This document shows, piece by piece, positions 18,050 through 26,581 of a stretch of 64,000 nt of DNA. Positions within the stretch are counted from its first letter, which is position 1. Each line of letters begins with the position of its first letter. The DNA lies in IMG/VR virus record IMGVR_UViG_3300031784_000026, positions 3,012-67,011 of that record. One strand, written 5' to 3'. The notes below the pieces were generated by a model that was given only the letters and a program-made list of their open reading frames with translations, was not told where the DNA came from and made no database searches. Origin of the DNA: a virus. The translations under genes and the position numbers were made by a program.

Positions 18050-20392
18050 TTACCTACCCATTTTGGTAGCGGCTACACGCTGCATAGCAGTGTTAGCGCG
18101 GAGTTGAGCAATGTCTTCCATCGATTGGATCTTTTCTTTGTCCAATGCAGTCTTCGTCTGAAGCTTCTGGGCATCAAGAGCAATCCGGCTTTGGTCAGAC
18201 TGAGCCTTCTGCTGAAGTTCCTGTGCCTTCAATTGCAGGTTCTGCTGCTGCAACTGCACAAGCGGGTCAGGACCTTGCTGAGGCATAAGCTGCTGCATCA
18301 ACTGCTGAGTCATCATGGCTTCAATCTTGGCGACCTCGACTTCCATCTCTTGCGGCTGCAACATGACATTGATGCCCTGCTGCTGCATTTGGATGACAAC
18401 CTGCTGCTGCGCTGCGAGAGACAGGTGCTCGAGGACGTGGGACATCAGCACGCCATACACTGCCGGTGACATTTGAATCAGCGGCGTGAGCATGAAAGTG
18501 ATGTGGGTTTGGATGTGGGCCATGTGGTCCTGTTCCGGGAAAACCTTCAACGGTTGACCACCGGACGGGATTGTCAGGGACTTTGCATTCTCCAAGGCAG
18601 GGCTTTGCGGCATCGGCTGCGGAGGAGGGGGCAACACAAGGTCTACGTCGGTGACGCCCAGTGCCGAATACATCCGGCGATACGCCTCATACATATTGTG
18701 CATCTGCGGCGCTTGCTGGGCGAGCTGCAATTGCTGTTGAGCCAGCGCAATACGCTGGGTCATCGAGAAGATATTGGGGTCGCTAACCGGAATAACGTCG
18801 ATCTTGCCGTCAAAGTCTTGGGCCTTGACCGAAGCATCACCGCCTTGGACCTCGTACGGGTACACAGGCGGTAGATATTCAGCAAAAATGTCCGCGAGTA
18901 GCTTCAATTCCTGCTTTTGAGCGAAGTGCATCCGTTTGTGGACCGCCGACATGACCCGGGAGCCACGTTCCAACAGGGCGATTGTAGTACCGACCGGCAA
19001 TTCTTGGTTGGACTCGCCCATTCCAAGGTCTGTCGTACCGATAAACTTCTCGGCTGCGCCAATACAGAAGCCTAAAAGCTGGAAAAGTGTGGCCGACGGC
19101 TCTTTATAGGGGAGCGGAAGCAGAGATTGCTGCAAATCGCCACCCGGAGCGTCAACATCTCGCCATTCCCCCGGCTGAATCGGGGTTTGATCCTCGATTC
19201 TCAGTCCTCTTGCCTTAAATCCCGCAGGTAAATTCGCAAGAGTGCCAGCGTCAACCAACTGCCGAAGAATAGAGGTAGAGCTCCGACTGAGATTGCCCAA
19301 AAGATGAACGAGTCCAAATCCATAGAACCCCATTCCTGACAAGAATTTGTATTGAACAAAGAACTGCCTCTTCTTTTTGAGCGGATCATCCTCACGCCAG
19401 TTGCGGCGGATGGACAAAATCTTACGGGAACCGGTGTCATAGGTCACAATGTAGGGGATTTGGAGACCTGTGACCTCTCCTTCCTCATCTTTGTCCTCGA
19501 AACCTTCGATATCGAGGTAACAATGACACTCGTGAAGCGTATATGAGTTAGGGTCATCTGGTTTTTCGATGCCCGTCGTCCGATCTACGCGCTCTTGAAT
19601 CTCATCTTTGTCCCCTGCCGATGGCTTACCGAGGTCGATGTCGCGGTAAAAGCCGTTTACTTGCAGGCGCTTAAGTTCATTTGGAGAGTAGCTAAGCACG
19701 TGAGTGACCCGTTCAGCGGTCAAAAGATCACGAGCAGCATACGGAACGATCAAATCCTTGGGCAAAATGTAGGGACTGGTCGCCCGGCCAAGGTAATCGT
19801 CGTAGTAAACCTTCTTGAAAGCCGACCCACCGTACCCGACAAAGTACAACATCTGGTCGAAATCGGGGTCATATTCTTCCATGACCTCCGTAATCTGATA
19901 GTTCATGTAAGTTTTGATGCGATCTGCCTGTGCTTCACGCTCCGGTGTCACCTTTCCGATGATCTGTGTGCGTACCGGACCACCTGCTGGCAGCAATTCC
20001 TTGTAGGCCTGAGCCTGAAACTGGGTCACAGCCTCGTTGAGGATGGGGTGCGTAACACCCGTCGAACCCTCAAACGGCTCTGTGCGGTCTTCATAGTTGA
20101 GACCGAGCAAGACCATGCCCTGCTCGTAGATCTTTTTCCACTCGTCGCGGCTTCGATCATCTTCCGTGATCAGCTCGTCAAGGTCATCGACGATTTTAAG
20201 TAGAAGGCGTTCATCCAAAACTTCGGCGAGGTTTGCGCCGAACGGGATGTCCATCTCGGCAACGTCCACGCTCTCTTGTTCTTCGACCTCTGCCTCATCC
20301 ATCTCGGAGGAATCGTTCTGGTCCTTGAGGAGGTCTTCGATGTCTGAGTCGTCAGACTTTTCAATATTGTTGAACGGGGAAATAGCCATCAA
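18050..20392 (-). CDS. Portal protein
   Basis: 780 aa after terL; HPILNEAVTQFQAQAYKELLPAGGPVRT, GSAFKKVY, GTLANLPAG, Gln-rich C-terminal barrel. Confidence 0.9.
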   Translation of the reverse strand: MMAISPFNNIEKSDDSDIEDLLKDQNDSSEMDEAEVEEQESVDVAEMDIPFGANLAEVLDERLLLKIVDDLDELITEDDRSRDEWKKIYEQGMVLLGLNYEDRTEPFEGSTGVTHPILNEAVTQFQAQAYKELLPAGGPVRTQIIGKVTPEREAQADRIKTYMNYQITEVMEEYDPDFDQMLYFVGYGGSAFKKVYYDDYLGRATSPYILPKDLIVPYAARDLLTAERVTHVLSYSPNELKRLQVNGFYRDIDLGKPSAGDKDEIQERVDRTTGIEKPDDPNSYTLHECHCYLDIEGFEDKDEEGEVTGLQIPYIVTYDTGSRKILSIRRNWREDDPLKKKRQFFVQYKFLSGMGFYGFGLVHLLGNLSRSSTSILRQLVDAGTLANLPAGFKARGLRIEDQTPIQPGEWRDVDAPGGDLQQSLLPLPYKEPSATLFQLLGFCIGAAEKFIGTTDLGMGESNQELPVGTTIALLERGSRVMSAVHKRMHFAQKQELKLLADIFAEYLPPVYPYEVQGGDASVKAQDFDGKIDVIPVSDPNIFSMTQRIALAQQQLQLAQQAPQMHNMYEAYRRMYSALGVTDVDLVLPPPPQPMPQSPALENAKSLTIPSGGQPLKVFPEQDHMAHIQTHITFMLTPLIQMSPAVYGVLMSHVLEHLSLAAQQQVVIQMQQQGINVMLQPQEMEVEVAKIEAMMTQQLMQQLMPQQGPDPLVQLQQQNLQLKAQELQQKAQSDQSRIALDAQKLQTKTALDKEKIQSMEDIAQLRANTAMQRVAATKMGR

Positions 20393-21852
20393 TAATAAAT
20401 CCTTCTGCCGACCTTCGTCTCACCTTCTATCACAAGATCTTCCGGATGCGACAGGAATCCTCCCTGCCGAAACCGCATCAACGCTTGTGTGGCGGCGTCA
20501 CAGTGGTCGTCATGTTCTCCAAATGGAAATGCGGCCATCTCTTCGATGACCTCTTCGGCCCAGCTCGTTTCAGGATACCACACCAAACCTGCCTCGAATA
20601 GGGGGGCCACGGAGTTCATTCTGACGTGTTTATCATTTCCCCGGCTTGGAGAAAAGTTCACGACCGGGATGCCCGTTGCCCGGAGTTCCTGTGTCAAAGG
20701 ATGACCGGCAGCCTTCGCTTCGATCAAGACCGTTTCCGGATCCCAGTACTTATACTCGTCGTGGGCAATCTTCTTCAGTTCCGGAAACTCCCACCGACCC
20801 TTCTTGGCATCAAGGAGGATCACGTTCGGCGGTCCACCTTCCGAAGGATAGAAGACGCCCCATGTCTGGATCGCGCTAAAGTCAGCCGTCCGGGTTTTAA
20901 GGAACGCCGTGTCGTAGCTTTGCATTACATACTGCAAAGGCGGGATGCTTCCCTTCTTCCAAGGTTTCCACCAGTCGCGCTTGATGATCGCCGCCGTATC
21001 CGAGGTCGGCGTCTGCATATACTGCGCGTTCCACTGGGTGAGCGGAATCGAAGCTTTGACGCGCTCCAACTCCTCGATCTTCCAGTATTGCGGCCACAAA
21101 GGTTTGCCGCTCGGAAGAATCGCCGGAAACTCAATGACTTCCCACTGATCAGCCTTCGGGTCATTCGCCGACTGACGCAGCAAGCGAGCCGTCAGGTCGT
21201 TCTCACCCCACCGGGTCATGACTAGGATAATAGTACCGCCCGGCTGTAACCGTTGTCTCGGACCCGAACTATACCACTCCCACGCGTTTTCCAGCGCAGT
21301 CGGTGACATTGCATCTTGTTCTGAATGAGGATCATCAACGATAAATAAGTCTGCGCCACGTCCTGCGATGGATCCCCCCACACCGGCTGCGTAATATTCT
21401 CCACCATCATCTGTCTCCCACCGGTATGCAGCCTTACTGTCAGACCTGAGCTTTGTTTGAAAGATCTTCTTATACTCCTCAGACTCCATCAGGTTCTTAA
21501 CCTTGCGACCAAACCTCACAGACAAATCTGCTGTATGCGTCGCCTGCATAATCTTCAAATGCGGATTCCTACCAATCATCCACGCCGGAAACAGATAGCT
21601 CGCAAACTCGGATTTCGTATGACGCGGAGGGAGATTAATGATTACCCGCTTCAGCTCGCCGCGAGCGATAGCCTCAAACTTCTCCGCAATATCTCGATGA
21701 TGCTTGCCAGCAATGAAGCTCGGCCACACGAGTTTCACAAACTCCAGAAACTCTTTGCGAGCCAAAGCTGTTGTATCAATGACCCCGAGACGTTCGCCTA
21801 ACTGATAGGCCCGAACCATAATCTCTTGAGGTAATTTCTCTTCATCGGTCAT
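20389..21852 (-). CDS. terL: Terminase large subunit
   Basis: Walker A variant LPPRHTKSE, Walker B FIVDDP, MTRW, nuclease SYDTA and HDDHCDA. Confidence 0.95.
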   Translation of the reverse strand: MTDEEKLPQEIMVRAYQLGERLGVIDTTALARKEFLEFVKLVWPSFIAGKHHRDIAEKFEAIARGELKRVIINLPPRHTKSEFASYLFPAWMIGRNPHLKIMQATHTADLSVRFGRKVKNLMESEEYKKIFQTKLRSDSKAAYRWETDDGGEYYAAGVGGSIAGRGADLFIVDDPHSEQDAMSPTALENAWEWYSSGPRQRLQPGGTIILVMTRWGENDLTARLLRQSANDPKADQWEVIEFPAILPSGKPLWPQYWKIEELERVKASIPLTQWNAQYMQTPTSDTAAIIKRDWWKPWKKGSIPPLQYVMQSYDTAFLKTRTADFSAIQTWGVFYPSEGGPPNVILLDAKKGRWEFPELKKIAHDEYKYWDPETVLIEAKAAGHPLTQELRATGIPVVNFSPSRGNDKHVRMNSVAPLFEAGLVWYPETSWAEEVIEEMAAFPFGEHDDHCDAATQALMRFRQGGFLSHPEDLVIEGETKVGRRIYY

Positions 21853-21919
21853 TCGCTATTTCCATCAAGCACTTAGGTATGATATCACAAAAGAGATAAA
21901 TGTCAGAGGACAAAGGATA

Positions 21920-22402
21920 ATGGGCGATCAACCCCTAGACCTATATGACATCGCGTGGTTCTTCTCAAAAGTAGACGTTAAAGACAAACGAGACTGCTGG
22001 GAGTTCAGAGGACACAAGGCCGTTGGCGGATATGGGAGCGTAACGATCCGAGGCCAACATTACTACACCCACCGATTATCATACGAGATATTCTGCGGGG
22101 AGATCCCCAAAGATCTGGTCATCCGGCACATGTGCGATAACGCCGCGTGCTGTAACCCCTGCCATCTGACCACTGGCACTCAAAGAGATAACGTCGTCGA
22201 CCGGATGATCCGTGGCCGCTCTGCCGTCGGATCCCGGAACGGGCGATCCAAGCTTACAGAAGACGAGGTCCGGCAAATCCTCGATGACCCGAGATCAGCC
22301 CCGGCAACTGCAAAGGCATATGGTGTAGGCAAGGATACCATCCTCCGTATACGCAGAGGGCAGTCTTGGGCGCACGTTACTTCGGACGACGTCGCAAAAT
22401 AG
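21920..22402 (+). CDS. HNH homing endonuclease with C-terminal HTH
   Basis: CWEF...HRLSY...IRHMCDNAACCNPCHL...DN; GSRNGRSKLTEDEV tail. Confidence 0.9.
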   Translation: MGDQPLDLYDIAWFFSKVDVKDKRDCWEFRGHKAVGGYGSVTIRGQHYYTHRLSYEIFCGEIPKDLVIRHMCDNAACCNPCHLTTGTQRDNVVDRMIRGRSAVGSRNGRSKLTEDEVRQILDDPRSAPATAKAYGVGKDTILRIRRGQSWAHVTSDDVAK

Positions 22403-22643
22403 CTTTGTTGGTTCTTGGGTCATAGACGTATTCGGCCTTTGATCTTCCCGATGCAGAAGCCGCGCGATCTATCGCCCGCTCCTGTGCCGTCATCCGGTTG
22501 CGCCGCTCGCCCGCTGCCGTCAAAGTCCCGTCGTCATTCATGTGACCACGGCTCTTCAAGATTTGCTCGGCCTTCTCCCGCGACCCTAACTGCGCTGACA
22601 GGCGGTCTACGAGTTGATGTCGCCCCATAAATTTCATCGTCAT
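22377..22643 (-). CDS. Hypothetical protein
   Basis: 88 aa ORF with GAGG RBS. Confidence 0.6.
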   Translation of the reverse strand: MTMKFMGRHQLVDRLSAQLGSREKAEQILKSRGHMNDDGTLTAAGERRNRMTAQERAIDRAASASGRSKAEYVYDPRTNKAILRRRPK

Positions 22644-22677
22644 GGGTATGCCTCATTGGTAGATATCTTGGTAGATA

Positions 22678-22953
22678 TCAAAAGAGCTTGATCTCGTCCA
22701 TGATCAGAGGACAACCGTCAAATGACGTTTGACAGTTGTAGCCGATAAACTCGGAAGCTTCGTCCTCTGTCATCCCGTCTCTTACCATAAGCACATCGAT
22801 CATCTTATCGAAAGAATATATCACCCGAAGGCTGTTATTTATCTCGGTCGTACCAATGATCGCGTCATCGAAACCATCCATAAGGACGGCTGTCATACCG
22901 AAGTGTTCTGCGAATTCAGCTACTGCTTCACGGAGGGGATGGGGCTCTGTCAT
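22678..22953 (-). CDS. Conserved phage protein
   Basis: DGFDDAIIG...IYS..KMIDVL..DGMTEDEASEFI.YN. Confidence 0.75.
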   Translation of the reverse strand: MTEPHPLREAVAEFAEHFGMTAVLMDGFDDAIIGTTEINNSLRVIYSFDKMIDVLMVRDGMTEDEASEFIGYNCQTSFDGCPLIMDEIKLF

Positions 22954-23390
22954 GATATCCTCTGAAATTTGTCCATTGAAATAAGGCAACACGGTTCGAT
23001 GTCCTGATCATCCCCGCGATCCTTCCGACCGGCAATGGTCAGAGGATAGAGGGGAAAGGATTCCACAGCTTTAACAGTGTGCATATAGATCCCGTCTGTC
23101 AGCTTGAGCGCCAACACAAAGGCTATACGAAACTGGTCATGCCACTTCTGGGCTTCCAAGATCTTGTGGGCAGAGATAATCACGCCCCCAAAAGAGTCGA
23201 GCTTGTCGTACGAGTAATTACGGCATTTGATCTCTGCGATAGCCACAACGGTCTTGTCGCGGCACAAGGCGTAATCCAAGGCAAAGTAGTTCTTTAGCTT
23301 GTGGACATCGACGCCCCACTTCTCACCGATGACCTTTGCCACCGAAGCTTCGTTGTCCAGATCCTGTTGGGTTTCATATGTCGGGCGCAC
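22950..23390 (-). CDS. PD-(D/E)XK nuclease-like protein
   Basis: LDY...AEIKCR motif; GRKDRGDDQDIEP. Confidence 0.7.
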   Translation of the reverse strand: MRPTYETQQDLDNEASVAKVIGEKWGVDVHKLKNYFALDYALCRDKTVVAIAEIKCRNYSYDKLDSFGGVIISAHKILEAQKWHDQFRIAFVLALKLTDGIYMHTVKAVESFPLYPLTIAGRKDRGDDQDIEPCCLISMDKFQRIS

Positions 23391-23691
23391 TCTGTCCTCT
23401 TTTTATTATACCCCGGGCCGCCGGGGGACCCTATGAACAGACCGTAAAAAGGGGGTCGGGGTCAATATCAAAAGTTTTATTTCCATATAACTTTCCGTGA
23501 AAAATCGTGTTTTTAGTCGAGTGCGTGCGATGGCAGGGGTCAATTAGGGGGGTCTGGGGTCAACGGTTCGGTCGAAAGCGGATCTGGATTCTTGGAAAGG
23601 GACCCGCGTCGGGGATAGGTCAGCATTGTTGACCTGATGCGCGACAGGCGAGGTATGCGCCAGACGCATGGCAGGTATGCATAAATAGTTA

Positions 23692-23720
23692 TTGACTATC
23701 CTTTGACTATGTGTTAGTCT
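23692..23720 (+). promoter_or_regulatory. Sigma70-type early promoter
   Basis: TTGACT-17-TAGTCT with TG extension. Confidence 0.6.
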
Positions 23721-23777
23721 TCTGGTGTTAGATCGATGGTGGTCTAACACGGCTGTTTTACATTGTGGAGAAATACT

Positions 23778-24128
23778 ATGAACAGCGATAACATCACGCG
23801 CGTCGCGCATGACCTTAGCAGACTGCTTGACGAAATGCTTTACGAGATCCGGAAAACAGAGCTTCTGGCAAAGAGCCTAGAGGATCGGATCAGGGAGCTA
23901 GAGCTGAAGGCGGAGGTTTTATCCTTGGCGGATCGCAAGGGATATAACATGACGGACCTTGGAAACATGGTCGATGAGATATCGAAGGAAGGTCTGCTCG
24001 ACGACTACATCAACGAGCGGATCTCAGATCATCCCGACGTCGCAAGCGAAGACAGTATTCGCGAGTGGGCGCGAGACGAAGCTCAAGAGGTCTTGAGTAA
24101 CGCGAGCTTCGAGATCACGGTTAACTAA
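23778..24128 (+). CDS. Acidic early protein
   Basis: GGAG RBS, ATG 23778, followed by a hairpin. Confidence 0.75.
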   Translation: MNSDNITRVAHDLSRLLDEMLYEIRKTELLAKSLEDRIRELELKAEVLSLADRKGYNMTDLGNMVDEISKEGLLDDYINERISDHPDVASEDSIREWARDEAQEVLSNASFEITVN

Positions 24129-24135
24129 TAAAAGA

Positions 24136-24168
24136 AAGGGGAGAGAAATCTCCCCTTGACTTTTTCTT
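24136..24168 (+). terminator. Terminator overlapping the next -35 element
   Basis: AAGGGGAGA-GAAA-TCTCCCCTT followed by a T-rich tract. Confidence 0.7.
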
Positions 24169-24183
24169 TATAGTTGATAGATT
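24156..24183 (+). promoter_or_regulatory. Sigma70-type early promoter
   Basis: TTGACT-16-TAGATT with TG extension. Confidence 0.55.
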
Positions 24184-24214
24184 GATATTGTCCCAAAGCA
24201 GAGGAGAAAGTGCA

Positions 24215-24412
24215 ATGGACACATTCACGGCGATCAGCCTGATCGAAGGTCTTGAAGAAGCAGAAGAATTCGAGATCATCGAAGCTTGGCAATACCTGAT
24301 CGACACCGGCATTGTCTGGAGCTTGCAGGGTTTCTACGGTCGCATGGCACGGGATCTTATTGAGACCGGCGTATGCTACCTCAACAATAGCGAAGAAGAA
24401 ATCGCAGTCTAA
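24215..24412 (+). CDS. Small conserved phage early protein
   Basis: WQYLIDTGIVWSLQGFYGRMARDLIETG; GAGGAG RBS. Confidence 0.8.
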   Translation: MDTFTAISLIEGLEEAEEFEIIEAWQYLIDTGIVWSLQGFYGRMARDLIETGVCYLNNSEEEIAV

Positions 24413-24417
24413 TTGAG

Positions 24418-24447
24418 AGCGGGGGCGCAAGCTCCCGCTTTTTCTTT
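24418..24447 (+). terminator. Rho-independent terminator
   Basis: AGCGGGGGC-GCAA-GCTCCCGCT-TTTTCTTT. Confidence 0.75.
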
Positions 24448-24498
24448 GTCCTTAATCAATCAATGTCCTATTAGGACTTTACCGGCGCGAGGCGAATT

Positions 24499-24672
24499 AT
24501 GATTACTAAAGCACAACAACAGGCGATACTGAGGGTTTACTTGCGAGATACCACAGAAGCGCAGTCTTATTTGCAATTCCGTCGCAGGATAGTGCGAGGG
24601 TTTGATTGTCTTATGCTCCCTTGGAAAGGCATGTGGCTTGGGATCGAACTTGACGGTTACACCCACAGTTAA
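24499..24672 (+). CDS. Small conserved phage protein (not in ORF track)
   Basis: MITKAQQQAILRVYLRDTTEAQSYLQFRRRIVRGFDCLMLPWKGMWLGIELDGYTHS; GAGG RBS. Confidence 0.75.
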   Translation: MITKAQQQAILRVYLRDTTEAQSYLQFRRRIVRGFDCLMLPWKGMWLGIELDGYTHS

Positions 24673-24764
24673 GACTTTACCGGCGCATTGAGACTTTACC
24701 GGCGTGACTTCTCCACACGCCCCTGCCCCTCGCAAATTTATTTTTGCGGGGGGCTTTTTATTTG

Positions 24765-24793
24765 TTGACTTTTATTTGACTTGCTCCTATATT
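24765..24793 (+). promoter_or_regulatory. Sigma70-type early promoter, preceded by a hairpin (24725-24759)
   Basis: TTGACT-17-TATATT. Confidence 0.65.
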
Positions 24794-24825
24794 GATCTGG
24801 TAACGCAAACAAAGGGAGAAAGCCT

Positions 24826-25059
24826 ATGCGTTCTATTTCCACTATCGCTCGTGAAATCCGCGCAGACTGGACTAAGCCTTACTTTGGCGCAGTCCCTTAC
24901 TTAAGCGCAATGCAGTCCCTCGATAGCATTGAGGATAACTATTATGAGGATAGCGGCAAATCCGTTGTGCTCTACTTTCTCGCGAACGCGCAGACTTGGA
25001 AAGGCGAGAAAGCCCGTTCGATAAAGGCTGAGCTAAAGAAGCTCTGCGGTATCAAATAA
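24826..25059 (+). CDS. Small conserved phage protein
   Basis: IAREIRADW.KPYFGAVPYLSAM...YFLANAQTWKGE; GGAG RBS. Confidence 0.8.
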   Translation: MRSISTIAREIRADWTKPYFGAVPYLSAMQSLDSIEDNYYEDSGKSVVLYFLANAQTWKGEKARSIKAELKKLCGIK

Positions 25060-25066
25060 GATTAGC

Positions 25067-25345
25067 ACTTTACCGGCGCGGGCCCGCTTCTCCACAGGCG
25101 GGCCCGTTTTCTTATGACAAGGAGAAAGTATATGGACATTGCCGAAGCCCTAGAGATTGTAATTAATCTTGCCCGTCAAAACATACCGTCAGATCCCGAA
25201 CTAGAGGAGCTTGCCGCTCGTTACGCCGAAGCCTGCAACGTGGTCGAGGATATGGCAGTCAATCAATTCAGCGAAGATTAGAACTTTACCGGCGCAGTCG
25301 GACTTTACCGGCGCGGGCCCGCTTCTCCACAGGCGGGCCCGTTTT
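25067..25345 (+). repeat. 44-bp exact direct repeats (25067-25110, 25302-25345), each motif + terminator
   Basis: ACTTTACCGGCGCGGGCCCGCTTCTCCACAGGCGGGCCCGTTTT twice. Confidence 0.9.
25132..25281 (+). CDS. 49 aa acidic microprotein (not in ORF track)
   Basis: MDIAEALEIVINLARQNIPSDPELEELAARYAEACNVVEDMAVNQFSED; AAGGAG RBS. Confidence 0.7.
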   Translation: MDIAEALEIVINLARQNIPSDPELEELAARYAEACNVVEDMAVNQFSED

Positions 25346-25351
25346 TATTTG

Positions 25352-25379
25352 TTGACTTTTATTTGACTTCTGTTATTCT
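25352..25379 (+). promoter_or_regulatory. Sigma70-type early promoter
   Basis: TTGACT-16-TATTCT with TG extension; upstream context shared with the 24765 promoter. Confidence 0.6.
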
Positions 25380-25410
25380 TGGCGGGTCAATTCCACAGAA
25401 AGGGGATATC

Positions 25411-26058
25411 ATGACAACTCTCAAAGAAGCGCAAAGCGCAGGCAAGATATCAATAGGTAATACAAAAATGCCGGGCTCTACCTTCGCAGTCTCGGCAAAG
25501 CACTGCAACGTAGGCGGCAAGCTTGCCGATCTAGAGGGGTCGGTTTGTTATGAATGTTATGCCCTAAGGCTTCAAAATTTCCGGCCTACCGTCAACGCCG
25601 GATGGACGGGCAACCTAGACAAGGCAAACCGCATGATCAAAACCGATCCGGCGCGATGGGTCGCCTACATCACCTTCCAAATCAATAAAGCTTACGAGAA
25701 AACCGGCGAACCATATCACCGTTGGTTTGACAGTGGAGACTTGCAATCTGTCGAGATGCTAGAGGCGATATGCGAGGTCGCACGGGCTACGCCCCAGATC
25801 CGCCATTGGCTCCCGACGCGTGAGACAAAAATCATTAATGACTTTACCGGCTCGATCCCAGACAACCTAATCGTGCGGGTCTCGAGCCCGATGATCGACG
25901 ACAAGCCAATCAATAAATACATATGGACTAGCACGGTCCACAAGAACAGTGAACCGGTCGGACATATTTGTCCGGCCCGTCATCAAGGAAACGCGTGCGG
26001 CTCTTGCCGTGCCTGTTGGTCAGATGACATCCGAAACATCTCCTACCCCCTCCACTAG
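25411..26058 (+). CDS. Gp88-like Cys-rich (radical-SAM-like) protein
   Basis: NTKMPG, CX13CX2C-YA, RWFDSGD, HWLPTRE, C-terminal CPA...CGSCRACW. Confidence 0.8.
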   Translation: MTTLKEAQSAGKISIGNTKMPGSTFAVSAKHCNVGGKLADLEGSVCYECYALRLQNFRPTVNAGWTGNLDKANRMIKTDPARWVAYITFQINKAYEKTGEPYHRWFDSGDLQSVEMLEAICEVARATPQIRHWLPTRETKIINDFTGSIPDNLIVRVSSPMIDDKPINKYIWTSTVHKNSEPVGHICPARHQGNACGSCRACWSDDIRNISYPLH

Positions 26059-26102
26059 GGGGTAGCTCTTCTTTGCTTATTGATACTTTACCGGCGTGCG
26101 TG

Positions 26103-26510
26103 CTACTTTACCGGCGCGACGTGGATGCCTCCCTTTTGTCCGTCGCCAACTGCCCACGGTTGAGCGCATGCGCTCCCGTGGGTCTTTTTCCAGAATGTTT
26201 CCCGTGAAAAGTTATGACAAGATAAATGACATGACCGGCACAGCCAGAGAACATCTGTCGGTCTACCATAATCCTCATGGTGCATCTCGGCGTCTGTACC
26301 GGCGCACACGAAACAATACTGGGCGTCAAGCTTTCCGCGTCTCTTGTAGACGTTGGCATGAGATCGAGCCTTCACCTTTTTCTTTTGCTCGTCTGAGAGA
26401 TCCCCGTAAGGGGTTCGATGCTCGCGCATATATGCGGCATGGCAGGCCTTACAGTATCTCTGCCCGTGCCGGTCGTTTTCATTCCCGCATTTTGAGCATG
26501 TCGTTTTCAT
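26103..26510 (-). CDS. Zn-finger / HNH-like protein
   Basis: CSKC, CKACH, CFVC...HHEDY...WLCRSCH; GGAG RBS. Confidence 0.65.
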   Translation of the reverse strand: MKTTCSKCGNENDRHGQRYCKACHAAYMREHRTPYGDLSDEQKKKVKARSHANVYKRRGKLDAQYCFVCAGTDAEMHHEDYGRPTDVLWLCRSCHLSCHNFSRETFWKKTHGSACAQPWAVGDGQKGGIHVAPVK

Positions 26511-26581
26511 GGGTCGCTCCGTGGAACATGTGGAACATTTTCCTAACACGCATTTGTTCCACGGTAAAGTGTTTTAAGACT

